Shown: positions 28,616-38,904, numbered from the stretch's first letter. The stretch is DNA of 54,327 nucleotides from Robiginitomaculum sp. (GCA_021776555.1 JAJFFR010000261.1:1-54327), one strand, 5' to 3'. Numbers and translations: made by a program. The notes: generated by a model not told the origin, from the letters alone.

Positions 28616-31600
28616 TTGGTGGTAGAAACACATCAGGCTAACAGGTTACCGGTGTCATGGGTTTGTGCATTGGCACTTTTGTTGTGTGTGCTACCCCTAT
28701 CCATGGCGATGGCTCAGTCTGCAATTGACGCTGATGTCCAAAAAATAGCCAATGCGCGAGCAGAAATTGCTGTTGCTACAGAGGCGGTCGGTAGCCGACA
28801 AGCAAGTGTCAATGAGGCCAAGGCAACCATGTCGGTCGCACAACGTGCAGTGGCGCGAGCCGAAGGAAACTTGGATTTTCAGCGACGACGTGCCGGTAGT
28901 ATTGTTTCCGCTACCGATTATCTGGCCGAAACCAATGACACGATTTCGGACTTGCGCCGCCAATTGAACGCTTTGGAAAACACACCGGAAAATGCCAGTC
29001 AGATTGATGTGTTGGAGCGTCAGATCAGAGCGATCAATCGCCAACTTTCCAGACAGGCCACAGAGTATGCCAGTCGGAATGTACAGTCTTCGCGGGAATT
29101 TGCCGCAGCAGAAGAAGCGCTAAAGCTTGCCAAGCAAAAAGCCCGTTCGGCTGAGGATCAATACAACCTGGATGATTCGGCGCTGGATGGCGCCAAGCTA
29201 CAATTGGCGAAGCTCAATAAAAGCTTGGCTGATTTACTGGAAAAAACGTCTGGCAATATGGCCAAGCTGGCACCGGGCTTTGTCCGTGAAATTACCATCA
29301 CCCAAAATGGCAAAACCATGTATCAGGCCCGATGGGATGAAGACGATACTTTGGGTAAAAAGATCAAACTGGCCATCAAGGAACTGGAACGGGAAATCAA
29401 AGAGGTCAATCGGGTTCGCGTCTTGGTGAACGCGGACATGGAGGTGTATCGACGGGATATCAATGCTGCCACGCAACAAGTTAAACTACTGAACGAGGAA
29501 CGAGGTTGGAATCAATCGGTCATATTGTGGTCGGAACGCCTCTATTATTTCGGTGAAGTTGTCGCATTGGCGGCCACTGGCGCCGGTATTGTCAGCGGGG
29601 TTCGGGCGGCGACATTGGCCGCAGTTGAAGGTGGCACTGCGGTTACGGCCCGTTTTGTGGCGCGCGAAACGGTGCGCCAAACGGCGCTGCAACTTAGCTT
29701 TGGGTCGTTGCCCAGCGTTCTGGAATGGCCGGGCTTTGCTTTGCGCGGCAAAGCTTGGTTGCAGGCATCATCCAGTGTCCTGACAGCTGAAAAAATGTTG
29801 CTTGCATCAAAGGCTTGGGTTGAACCTGTTGCGCTGATCGGAACAGTCTATCAAAATTATAGTACCGTCAAAGGTCTGGCCTCCTCACCCTCGACCCGCA
29901 TTGCTGGGCGAAGAATGGGTTCCATCCAGCGAGAGCTGGAGGTGGAGGTGGAGCGCATCCGCCTGTTCAAAAACCAGAGGTTGGATTTTATCGGTGCGCG
30001 CGAAGCGCGGCGATCTTATGCTCTGTCATCAGCTGAAATTATCCAAAAAGCCTATAACGCGCAGTATTCAAAAATACGCAATAAAGATAAAAGTTTCTGG
30101 CGAACCATAAAAGTAGGTAAGATATTTACCTCGGATGCCGAGATCGCAGTCGCCTATGCGACCTTGGAAATTTTACGCTCTGAGGCGCAACTAAAAGCCG
30201 CCAAAGTCTATCTCGGCTTGACGATTGATGAACGCAACAAGCTGGATGCGACGCTGCCGGATTTACAATCCAGATTGCAAAATATGCGCGAAAAACTCCC
30301 CGGCGCACCGGTGCGGGTCAAAAAGGTTTTACGGAATCGCTATGTAAAAATTGGGGACGAGCTAAGCGCAAGTATCTCCATCGAATTTACGCAAGCCTTG
30401 AAAGAAAACCCGCTGGTGAAGATCGGCACAGGTACGATTTCCCGCCCCCCCGCCGGGGCAGATGATTCCGAAGGGCTGCCATTACCCGGACCGGACAAAG
30501 GCGCCGTGCTGGTTCAAATGAGCGGGGCTGGCAAAAGCTGGTCTGGCACATTTTATACTGCGCCGCTTTCGGATATTGCCAGCAGCAATGACCCGATACA
30601 GATCGAGATCAACGCCAAGGACTTGAACGACCGCGCACTAGATGCCGATCCGCAAACAGCCACCTTTGCCGAAGCCGGTGGTTGGGGTTTTTATGAGGCC
30701 ACGCCAGAGGGCGCGTCCCATGGCAATGGTGGCCCGGACAAATGGCACCATATCAATGGTATTTTTATGAAGGGCAGCAGCTACGTCTTTGTCATCGACG
30801 CGTCTGGCTCAATGGGTGACAACACTCGAATGGTGCAAGTAAAACGTAGCGCCCGGACGTTTTTATCAGCCATGGAAAAGGACGATGAAGTGGCGATTTG
30901 GGCGTTTTATGATTGCGGCAATATATCGTTGGCGCAAAGCTTTACCCGGGACAAGAAAAAGGCACTGGCGGTCATTAACGGAATTGAACCCAGTTCTGGT
31001 ACACCATTGGCTGCAGCCATTGGTATGGCCGGTGAGTATTTGTTGACCAAGGCCCATTTTGGTCCCAAAAGCCTGATTATCTTGTCAGATGGAGCGGAAA
31101 GCTGTGATGGCGATCCAGCTTCGGCCGCTGCTTTGTTCCGCCGGCAAGTTCGGGTGTTGGGAAATTTGGGGCAAAGCAATCCAGATGGCTCCCAACCGCC
31201 TCGTATGGGACAGCCCGTTGCAGGTGGTGCAGGTCCGGCCAATGACAATCAGCCAGCCAACGCAAATCCGTCGCCGGGTTCTAATGCGAATGAGAATCCA
31301 GACGAAGCAGAGCCAGAAGATGGCAAAGTGGTGAAAGTAAAGTTGGCTGATATTGACGCGTGGAATTTGGTCGAAACAGGCGGCACTTCTTCACCGATAT
31401 TTGCATTGCAGCGCACCCGCTATCACGAGACGGGCAAGGATGGCGCATGCACCGCAGAGGTCACCCGCGAGACCTATTATGCCAACTATACGTCAAGCGA
31501 AAACCCCGACAAATCGATCCGGGTGATTTGGCGGGTGAACCGTTCCGCGTCCAAGCGCCAATCATTGGCTGTCACTCGTTGTGCCTCTGGTCAAAAATCC

Positions 31601-31705
31601 ATGAACGCGTTTCGCAAAAAATGGAAATCAATCAAGGGTGTGACCGAACAACAAGTGGGCGCACAATTGGAGGCTCGGGTCCAAACCTTGGCTCGAGGGG
31701 GGTAG
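28616..31705 (+). CDS. Large exported coiled-coil protein with a C-terminal von Willebrand factor A (vWA) domain
   Basis: 1029-aa ORF (TTG start; exact start uncertain). Signal peptide ...LSMAMAQSA. About 270 aa of Ala/Gln/Arg/Glu-rich coiled coil, a hydrophobic Ala/Gly-rich segment, and a second helical region. Complete MIDAS: FVIDASGSMGD, SGTPLAAAI, ILSDGAES (about nt 30780-31200). Then a Pro/Asn/Gly linker and a ~130-aa C-terminal domain. Confidence 0.8.
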   Translation: MVVETHQANRLPVSWVCALALLLCVLPLSMAMAQSAIDADVQKIANARAEIAVATEAVGSRQASVNEAKATMSVAQRAVARAEGNLDFQRRRAGSIVSATDYLAETNDTISDLRRQLNALENTPENASQIDVLERQIRAINRQLSRQATEYASRNVQSSREFAAAEEALKLAKQKARSAEDQYNLDDSALDGAKLQLAKLNKSLADLLEKTSGNMAKLAPGFVREITITQNGKTMYQARWDEDDTLGKKIKLAIKELEREIKEVNRVRVLVNADMEVYRRDINAATQQVKLLNEERGWNQSVILWSERLYYFGEVVALAATGAGIVSGVRAATLAAVEGGTAVTARFVARETVRQTALQLSFGSLPSVLEWPGFALRGKAWLQASSSVLTAEKMLLASKAWVEPVALIGTVYQNYSTVKGLASSPSTRIAGRRMGSIQRELEVEVERIRLFKNQRLDFIGAREARRSYALSSAEIIQKAYNAQYSKIRNKDKSFWRTIKVGKIFTSDAEIAVAYATLEILRSEAQLKAAKVYLGLTIDERNKLDATLPDLQSRLQNMREKLPGAPVRVKKVLRNRYVKIGDELSASISIEFTQALKENPLVKIGTGTISRPPAGADDSEGLPLPGPDKGAVLVQMSGAGKSWSGTFYTAPLSDIASSNDPIQIEINAKDLNDRALDADPQTATFAEAGGWGFYEATPEGASHGNGGPDKWHHINGIFMKGSSYVFVIDASGSMGDNTRMVQVKRSARTFLSAMEKDDEVAIWAFYDCGNISLAQSFTRDKKKALAVINGIEPSSGTPLAAAIGMAGEYLLTKAHFGPKSLIILSDGAESCDGDPASAAALFRRQVRVLGNLGQSNPDGSQPPRMGQPVAGGAGPANDNQPANANPSPGSNANENPDEAEPEDGKVVKVKLADIDAWNLVETGGTSSPIFALQRTRYHETGKDGACTAEVTRETYYANYTSSENPDKSIRVIWRVNRSASKRQSLAVTRCASGQKSMNAFRKKWKSIKGVTEQQVGAQLEARVQTLARGG

Positions 31706-31711
31706 GTTAAA

Positions 31712-33436
31712 ATGCACAGACCGACCTTGAAATTTTTGACACCTATATTGCTGGCTTTGGCCGCTTTTGGAGTTGGAATGCCGGTATTGGCTCAAGATAC
31801 ACTAGCGCCAACAGAAGCTGTCTCTGAAGCGCCAACCAACACTGATCTGGATGCCATTTTGAGCGAAATGGAAGCCATGGATTCGGTCGGTGAAGAACTG
31901 CCTGAATTAGAAGCAGATGACCAAAAGCAATTCGCCCAATCTGCCGCGTTGTACTGGGATTTTGAGGTTGATCTGGCTGACGACACGGATGTGGACTGGG
32001 TGCATTTTTCACTGATGCGCCCCGGCATGTTGTCATTGATCCAGAAAAATGCGCGCGCCAGCCAATTGGTTTTTGCTTTGCAGGGTGAAGCTGAAAACGA
32101 AGTAAAATTACCGGAGCCGTATTGGCGTGGAGATGATCTGATCTACACATTTGCCGCTTTGCCGATTGATTATTACTTGCGAATTTCTGGCGCGGCTTCA
32201 GATACAGCCTACGTGTTGTTGTTGGATTTATTGACCGAAACCGATGATTCCGAACCCAATGATACAGCGGAAATGGCTGTTCCAGCTTATGGCACTTATT
32301 TCGTAAACCGTCACAACGCAGCCGATGAGGACTGGTTTACCTTTGATCTGAAAGAACGATCCCGCCTGACGATTACCATCGGGCCAGAAGGAGCGGAACG
32401 AGGGGCATTTACGGCGGTCCTGACTGATCCAGCAACCGAAGCGCAGCAAAGCATGGACTTTTATGGTTCAGAATTACCACAAGGCGGAAGCCAGCAATTG
32501 GCTTTGATCGAGCTAGAAGGGGGCACGAAGTTATTACAAGTAAGCCCTCCAAATGTGGGGCAAAGCAATTCCCGGGTCCATTTTGAGGTTCGCCCGGTCA
32601 CCGACCCGTATGAACCGAATGACCAGTTGCAGGATGCCAAGCCATGGGCAATCGGTGAGATTTTAGCCGGGGTGCAACTGATCCAAGGCGATGACGACTG
32701 GTTCTATATTGATATCGAGCGCGCCGGGGAGTTGGAAATCGTGATTGGTGGTGATCTAGCTCCGTGGTTTGAAATAACCCGTGCGGATGAGGAGCCCGCG
32801 CTACTGGATTTTCGTTTCAAGGAAGGGCAGGGCGATCTAGCCACTGGTAATTACATAACTCGTTATTATGGTGACGTAACACCGGGTCGTTATTTGGTAA
32901 AGATATCCGCATCCCAGTATCGCCTCAGTGAAATCCAATTGGCTTTGTCCTTTGTGGAGGACAACTCATCGGACTCGGATACAAATTTCTTCATGATCGC
33001 GCTCGACACGGACGAGGGCATTTTGAACCAGCTAGAAGACGTGGCTAAAAGAGGTGGCGGAGAGGTTCTGGCTGTGGAGGCAGATGATCTGAAATTGGCA
33101 CTTTCACTGGGTGCTGTGGTGGCCAAAACCCGCAATCGCAGTTTTGGCGCCGGGCAATTTGCCCAAACCACTTTGAAATTGATGGCTGAAAAGAGCTTTC
33201 GAATATCGGATATCGTATTTACGCCCGATCTTGCTTCCAAGCAGGTCAGCACACTCATCACCACTGCCCTACAGGCGCCAAGCAGTTCTCGTGATGAGTT
33301 TAACGCCAAATTCCTAGTCACACAAATGACCATAACCAAGGATCGTAGTCTGAGCAGTTCTGATGACCCGGCTGATCATGATCGCTTGCGTGGACTGTTA
33401 CGCAATACAATTTTGTCCCCGTTTGAACCTAAATGA
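31712..33436 (+). CDS. Secreted protein with three pre-peptidase C-terminal (PPC)-like repeats and no protease domain
   Basis: 574-aa ORF, 6 nt after the vWA gene. Signal peptide ...GMPVLAQ. Repeated signatures DDSEPNDTAEMA/DEDWFTFDL and DPYEPNDQLQDA/DDDWFYIDI, plus a degenerate first copy (DVDWVHFSL). Confidence 0.7.
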   Translation: MHRPTLKFLTPILLALAAFGVGMPVLAQDTLAPTEAVSEAPTNTDLDAILSEMEAMDSVGEELPELEADDQKQFAQSAALYWDFEVDLADDTDVDWVHFSLMRPGMLSLIQKNARASQLVFALQGEAENEVKLPEPYWRGDDLIYTFAALPIDYYLRISGAASDTAYVLLLDLLTETDDSEPNDTAEMAVPAYGTYFVNRHNAADEDWFTFDLKERSRLTITIGPEGAERGAFTAVLTDPATEAQQSMDFYGSELPQGGSQQLALIELEGGTKLLQVSPPNVGQSNSRVHFEVRPVTDPYEPNDQLQDAKPWAIGEILAGVQLIQGDDDWFYIDIERAGELEIVIGGDLAPWFEITRADEEPALLDFRFKEGQGDLATGNYITRYYGDVTPGRYLVKISASQYRLSEIQLALSFVEDNSSDSDTNFFMIALDTDEGILNQLEDVAKRGGGEVLAVEADDLKLALSLGAVVAKTRNRSFGAGQFAQTTLKLMAEKSFRISDIVFTPDLASKQVSTLITTALQAPSSSRDEFNAKFLVTQMTITKDRSLSSSDDPADHDRLRGLLRNTILSPFEPK

Positions 33437-33461
33437 ACGATTTTTTAAGGAGGAACTCAAA

Positions 33462-33860
33462 ATGACCAAGAAAAAACCATCCATCAAAATAGAGGGCACC
33501 AATCGCATTATTCTGGCGGCTGATGCGCTTTATCTAACGGCTTTGATGCTGATCTCGACCCAGATGAAAATCGGCACATTGGACTATGTACTGCTGGTTC
33601 TGGTCATTCTGTCCTTGGCTATGCTGGGGGCGGTCACTTTCAAGACCTTTGGACCATCAATCGTCCGTCTGATCAATCTGATGCAAGTTGTATTGGCTGC
33701 CGTAATTTCGCTCAGGTTTCTGATTATGTTTTTCAGCGATCGTAGCTCAATTGCCAGCCTGTTGCTCTATGGCGCGGTGATCATGTTCTTTTATGTGGCG
33801 GTCAATGGAGTTTGGCGCTTGGTCCGAGACTTTACGCCGCCAGCCAAAAAGGAAGAATAG
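33462..33860 (+). CDS. Small integral membrane protein (about 4 TM)
   Basis: Start set at ATG 33462 behind a strong AAGGAGG SD (the ORF track extends to 33363). 132 aa with a basic N-terminus (MTKKKPSIK) and four hydrophobic segments. Confidence 0.7.
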   Translation: MTKKKPSIKIEGTNRIILAADALYLTALMLISTQMKIGTLDYVLLVLVILSLAMLGAVTFKTFGPSIVRLINLMQVVLAAVISLRFLIMFFSDRSSIASLLLYGAVIMFFYVAVNGVWRLVRDFTPPAKKEE

Positions 33861-33903
33861 CCCAGCCCATCATAGTGGTTGGTTGCTTTGTAGGAGAGAT
33901 GCC

Positions 33904-35097
33904 ATGCGGATGACTAAGGGTGCCCTGTTGGGTTTTTCGGTTTTTGCCTTGGGCTTGTTTGCTGGCTCGGGCAGCTGGAGTGAGGCTCGGGCAGAAACCG
34001 AAGCCAATTGTCCGCTTTGTGCGCATGTCGCCAAGCCTGAATTGCCGCCTTTACAAGGCGAAGCTGGTCCGACCGTCTATCTGAAATTGCAAAGGCATGC
34101 CGAAAAGGTTGAGCAATCGTTCACCAACAAGGCATTGCTGGCGACCCAATGGCGGTTCGAGTCCACTTGTGGGCGTGCTCCGGCCAGTGATCTGATCGAC
34201 GCCATCAGCGGGTATATGGCGCAATACGAAGTTTTGGCTGGAGCGGTGCAAACCTGCACAGATAGCTGCACGATCAGCCAAAACCCGGCAGAGTATTGTG
34301 CTAGCGGACAGGCGCTGAAACAACAAAATGAAGGGTTGGAAGGCTTGGGGATTGCCTTTTCAGATACCGCCATCTTCCTTGATGTAGCTACGCAGGATCA
34401 CCATTCCACGTCCGATGCTCTGAGCGCTTTGCTGGATGGCGCAGCCGCAGAGGCACAGGACGTATTGCAAGCTGATCTGGATCATCTGATTGCCACGACC
34501 TTGCCACCAGAACGTGACCCGCGCGTGGCAACGGCTACGACAGAGTTCGTTCAAACGGCCAATGTTTTGTACTCGTTAGCTTGGGCGGATTTGGCCGATG
34601 GAAAAGCCTCTGAATTGGCGGAACATCTGATGGGACTGTCAGATGATCTTCAATCTCTAGATGATGCGGTGTATATGGCACTGTCGCGGGCCAAAATCAT
34701 GCAGCCGCTTGAACAAAAGCAGCTTGGCAAGCAATTGATTGAACTTTCAGCGCAAATTGAATATGCGCGGCGCTCAGTTCATACTTCCAGTGCAGAAACC
34801 GGCTCAAGCGGGCCAAACACCAATGCCACTGCGATTGATCCAGCAACAGAGAACGTTGCCGCTAGGCAATCTGTGGCGAGTTGTTTTCGCAAACTGTCAC
34901 TGGATACAGCTATTGCAGCCGAGTTTTCTCGAATAGCCCGCAATGAACTGAATCAATGCCGTTCATTCGCTACGTGTCGAGCTGGTACTTCTTCGAAGGC
35001 AGAAACTGCTCCTGGCATCTTGACGGAGCGACTGGTGACCAATCGCGATAAGGCGGACAAGCTTAGCCTTGCCACTCAAAAGGCGATTTGCCGGTAA
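33904..35097 (+). CDS. Secreted Cys-containing, alpha-helical hypothetical protein
   Basis: Start set at ATG 33904 (MRMTKGALLGFSVFALGLFAGSGSWSEARA signal peptide; the ORF track extends to 33793). 397 aa, CPLC near the mature N-terminus, more Cys pairs elsewhere. No family recognised. Confidence 0.65.
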   Translation: MRMTKGALLGFSVFALGLFAGSGSWSEARAETEANCPLCAHVAKPELPPLQGEAGPTVYLKLQRHAEKVEQSFTNKALLATQWRFESTCGRAPASDLIDAISGYMAQYEVLAGAVQTCTDSCTISQNPAEYCASGQALKQQNEGLEGLGIAFSDTAIFLDVATQDHHSTSDALSALLDGAAAEAQDVLQADLDHLIATTLPPERDPRVATATTEFVQTANVLYSLAWADLADGKASELAEHLMGLSDDLQSLDDAVYMALSRAKIMQPLEQKQLGKQLIELSAQIEYARRSVHTSSAETGSSGPNTNATAIDPATENVAARQSVASCFRKLSLDTAIAAEFSRIARNELNQCRSFATCRAGTSSKAETAPGILTERLVTNRDKADKLSLATQKAICR

Positions 35098-35184
35098 TTT
35101 TCTCTCAAGTCGATAGAAGGCTCGTTTTTGGCAGCTGAATGGTTTAGGCGTTAGCTTGAAATCCAGTTTGAAGAGAATCCCAAA

Positions 35185-35766
35185 ATGACAATCCTTGCCG
35201 AATTAATTTCCCGCGCCGGGGAGAGTTGCGAGCTATGTGGGGCCAACGCCAATTTGCAGGCGTTTGTCATACCGCCGCATGAGCAAGCCGAGGTTGATAC
35301 CGCCTTGTTGGCTTGTGCTATGTGCGCCGGGCAAATTGAGGCTGCTGACGATGGGCTGGATGTGCATCATTGGCGGTGTCTGAATGACAGTATGTGGAGT
35401 GTGGTCCCGGCGGTGCAGGTGATGGCTTGGCGGATGCTGAAACGGTTGTCGGGCGAGGACTGGGCAGCGAATTTGTTGGGCATGTTATATCTGGACGATG
35501 AGACGCTGGCTTGGGCGCAAAGCGCGCAATCGGCAGAAGGTACGCCAGACATCATTCACAAGGACACCAATGGCGCTGTGCTGTCAGCTGGCGATACGGT
35601 GACCTTGGTCAAGGATTTGAAGGTGAAGGGGGCTGGGTTTACCGCCAAGCGAGGCACAGCCGTTCGCAATATCTCGCTGGTTGCGGACAATGCTGCACAC
35701 ATTGAAGGCCGGGTCGAAGGTCAGCAAATCGTGATCTTATGCGAGTTTGTAAAGCGGGCCGGGTAA
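35185..35766 (+). CDS. phnA: PhnA-domain protein (long form)
   Basis: 193-aa ORF. N-terminal Cys pairs (CELCG ... CAMCAG, zinc-ribbon-like). C-terminal KDTNGAVLSAGDTVTLVKDLKVKGAGFTAKRGTAVRNI matches the PhnA C-terminal domain. Confidence 0.85.
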   Translation: MTILAELISRAGESCELCGANANLQAFVIPPHEQAEVDTALLACAMCAGQIEAADDGLDVHHWRCLNDSMWSVVPAVQVMAWRMLKRLSGEDWAANLLGMLYLDDETLAWAQSAQSAEGTPDIIHKDTNGAVLSAGDTVTLVKDLKVKGAGFTAKRGTAVRNISLVADNAAHIEGRVEGQQIVILCEFVKRAG

Positions 35767-35769
35767 GCC

Positions 35770-36792
35770 TTAGACACTGCGGATCGGCACCAGTTTTCTG
35801 GCCGTTTCATCCCACAGGGCTAGTTTTACGCAAGACAGGCTTTGCCACAGAGTTAGCCGTCTCACATTGGCTAGTTCCGGGAAGTCCCGCAAAATTTGTG
35901 ACAGACGATAATAGGGGATACGGGCATTTAGATGATGCACATGATGCACCCCGATATTGGCGGTGAACCAACGCAAAATTCCCGGCAGATCATAGTGTGA
36001 ACTACCGAACAAGGCCGCATCCTGCAACTCCCAGTCAGTCCCTTGGTTCCAATAGGTATCTTCAAACTGGTGTTGGACGTAGAACAGCCAGACACCGATG
36101 GATGTTGCAATGGCCGTGATCGGCAAATGAACCAGAAAAAATGCTTTGAAACCAACGAAATAGATCACAATTGCCGCAACGATCAGCATGGCAATATTGG
36201 TGCCCATCGCGCTAACCCAATAGCGCCAACCAGAGCGCATAAAGCCCAATGGTAAACGCTGTCTGATCCAGAAATTGTAAGCTGGACCAATCCCAAACAA
36301 CACCAAAGGATGTCGGTACATCCGATAGCCCAACCGCCCAAGCGGGGTCAGCGCTTGATACTCAGCAACGGTTAGGGTGCTGATATCGCCCAGACCCCGT
36401 TTTTCCAGATTGCCCGAACCAGCATGGTGTACCGCATGGGCCTTGTGCCACACGAAATAGGGGGTCAGCGAAAAGATGCCCAAAAACCGTCCAACCCAGT
36501 CATTATAGCGGCGCTTCTCAAAGAACGCGCCATGGCCGCAATCGTGTTGAATTAGAAACATCCGAACCATAAACCCGGCAGTAGGGATGCTTAAGGCCAA
36601 GGTCAGCCAATAGCTCACCGAAAGCGCCCAATATGCAGCGGCCCAACACAAGAAAAATGGTACAATAGTGATGAATAGCTCAACCACGCTGCGGGTTACG
36701 CTTGGTTTCCAGTATTTGGCCAAGATAGGTATCCAGTTACGGTCTGAAATGCCGGGCGTGGCCGGAGCCGGGTTCGGTTGCGCTTCACTCAT
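35770..36792 (-). CDS. Membrane fatty-acid desaturase family protein
   Basis: 340-aa ORF. Three histidine boxes: HDCGH, HKAHAVHH and HHVHH. Multiple TM helices. Confidence 0.9.
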   Translation of the reverse strand: MSEAQPNPAPATPGISDRNWIPILAKYWKPSVTRSVVELFITIVPFFLCWAAAYWALSVSYWLTLALSIPTAGFMVRMFLIQHDCGHGAFFEKRRYNDWVGRFLGIFSLTPYFVWHKAHAVHHAGSGNLEKRGLGDISTLTVAEYQALTPLGRLGYRMYRHPLVLFGIGPAYNFWIRQRLPLGFMRSGWRYWVSAMGTNIAMLIVAAIVIYFVGFKAFFLVHLPITAIATSIGVWLFYVQHQFEDTYWNQGTDWELQDAALFGSSHYDLPGILRWFTANIGVHHVHHLNARIPYYRLSQILRDFPELANVRRLTLWQSLSCVKLALWDETARKLVPIRSV

Positions 36793-37042
36793 ACGTTGGC
36801 AGTCCTTCTTGGTCCCTAGGAAATGACGAATCCGTTTCTGTTCCCTACCCTATTGGGCCGGTTCAGACAAATGACATTTCAGTTGGGTGGCTGTGAGGTG
36901 ATTAGGTTCTGAATGCAAAGCAGGTTGCTATTGTCGCCCATGTGTGGGATTGGGCGGTAAATTTTGGCCAATCGGGTCAGAAAAAAGAACGAGTACGGAA
37001 TATCCTCCGGTTCATTCGTTCACGCTAGAACGAAAGCAAATC

Positions 37043-38404
37043 ATGAGTAATTTTTCCGAACTCGGACTTTCCGAGCCACTTCTTCGTGCCGTAAGTGCCG
37101 AAGGGTATACCCAAGCCACCCCAATTCAGGCGCAAGTCATTCCGCCCATGTTGGACGGTCGCGACATTGTCGGCATCGCCCAAACCGGTACCGGCAAAAC
37201 GGCGGCGTTTGTATTGCCGCTATTGCACCAGCATCAGCAAATGCACGGGAGGCCTGGTCCCAAGGCGTGTCATGCGCTGATCTTGGCCCCGACCCGCGAG
37301 CTGGCCGCCCAGATCGCCGACAGTATCCGTTCCTACGGCCAGTTTATTCACCACTCGGTCACTGTGGTGGTGGGCGGTGTACGTCCTGCCCAGCAGATCA
37401 AGGCATTGTCCAAGGGCGTTGACATCGTGGTGGCGACACCGGGACGGCTTGAGGACCATGTGTCCACTGGCAAATTTCGCCTCGACAAGACCAAAACCAT
37501 TATTCTGGACGAAGCCGATCAAATGCTCGATTTAGGCTTTATGCCAGCCATTCGGCGGATCATGGGTAAGTTACCCGCCCAGCGTCAGACGTTGCTGTTG
37601 TCGGCCACTATGCCCAAGCAAATCCGGCAATTAGCCGGTGATTTTCTGAACAACCCCAAAGAAATTTCCGTCGCCCCGCAATCTCGGCCGATTGAGCGCA
37701 TCGACCAGCGGGTCTATTTTGCCGAAAAACCGGCCAAGCGGAAATTGTTGGCCAAACTGTTGTCAGAGGACGATGTGCGCCATGCCATCGTCTTTACCCG
37801 GACCAAGCACGGGGCCAACAAGGTCGTGCAAAATCTGGAAAAAGATGGCATTGCCTCATCGGCAATCCACGGCAATAAGAGCCAAAACCAGCGCGAGAAA
37901 ACCTTGGCGGCGTTTCGCTCAGGGCAAATCAATGTACTGGTCGCGACCGACATCGCGGCGCGCGGCATTGATGTGGATGACATCAGTCATGTGATCAATT
38001 TCGAGCTGCCCAATATCGCCGAAAGCTATGTGCATCGCATTGGTCGAACTGCCCGAGCCGGCAAAAGCGGTGTAGCGATTTCCTTGTGCAATGGCGAAGA
38101 ACGCAAACATCTGTTCCAGATCGAGAAACTGACCGGCAAGAAATTACAACGGATGAATGGCGGGCAACCAGAGCGCACCGATGAGGCTCCAGACCAAGAG
38201 CTGCACGAGCCACCTAAAAATCGCTCACCTCGGCGTAAAAGCCGCAAAAAGCGTAGCCATCGCCCTTCGGATAAGGGTAAGCCGCGCCAAGCTCAAAACA
38301 ATAGCAATGACGCTGTCGCCTCAAATGCTTCACCGACGAAACACGGCAAGCCACGCCCAAACCGCAAGCGTCGGCCAAGGCGCGGTAAGCCACAGGCCAA
38401 TTGA
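37043..38404 (+). CDS. rhlE: ATP-dependent DEAD-box RNA helicase (RhlE-like) with a basic C-terminal tail
   Basis: Start set at ATG 37043 (MSNFSELGLSEP...). All motifs present: Q (GYTQATPIQ), I (AQTGTGKT), Ia (PTRELA), TPGR, II (DEAD), III (SAT), V (ATDIAARGID) and VI (HRIGRTARAG). Lys/Arg-rich tail. Confidence 0.93.
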   Translation: MSNFSELGLSEPLLRAVSAEGYTQATPIQAQVIPPMLDGRDIVGIAQTGTGKTAAFVLPLLHQHQQMHGRPGPKACHALILAPTRELAAQIADSIRSYGQFIHHSVTVVVGGVRPAQQIKALSKGVDIVVATPGRLEDHVSTGKFRLDKTKTIILDEADQMLDLGFMPAIRRIMGKLPAQRQTLLLSATMPKQIRQLAGDFLNNPKEISVAPQSRPIERIDQRVYFAEKPAKRKLLAKLLSEDDVRHAIVFTRTKHGANKVVQNLEKDGIASSAIHGNKSQNQREKTLAAFRSGQINVLVATDIAARGIDVDDISHVINFELPNIAESYVHRIGRTARAGKSGVAISLCNGEERKHLFQIEKLTGKKLQRMNGGQPERTDEAPDQELHEPPKNRSPRRKSRKKRSHRPSDKGKPRQAQNNSNDAVASNASPTKHGKPRPNRKRRPRRGKPQAN

Positions 38405-38904
38405 GCGCAAAAACGGCCAAAATCGGGTGTTTATAAAAAACGCTGTCCGGTTTGTGCCGGGGATTGCCGTGTTTCGTAGACTTGAATTTATGCGCCTCCG
38501 TACTGATACGGACTGGTAAAATACAGGTTAACCTGTTGTTTTTACGACGTGAAAGAGCCGAAACGTACCAAAGTCAAGTGCGCTTACCTCACCAGTATAC
38601 GGCCTTGATGGGCCAATTGGATTGCTAGGATATACTCCCGGATCTAAGCGTCAGAGAGCGTCAACAAGTGTCGATTATTTGTGATTTTAGTGTCAATGTG
38701 TGTCCGTGAATTGCGGCTGTATTGCTGATTATTTGTAAGTTCGGTTCGTAAACTGACAATCAGAAATGACAATTGGCCCAAATCCTTTTTCCCTAAAACC
38801 GACGGAAATAACCGAGCGTCCCGTTGAACTTATATGGAACCCACGGTCCGGACCCTAAATACGGACCCGGTTAGATAGAGGGAAGTAGCAAGAGGAATTT
38901 GATC

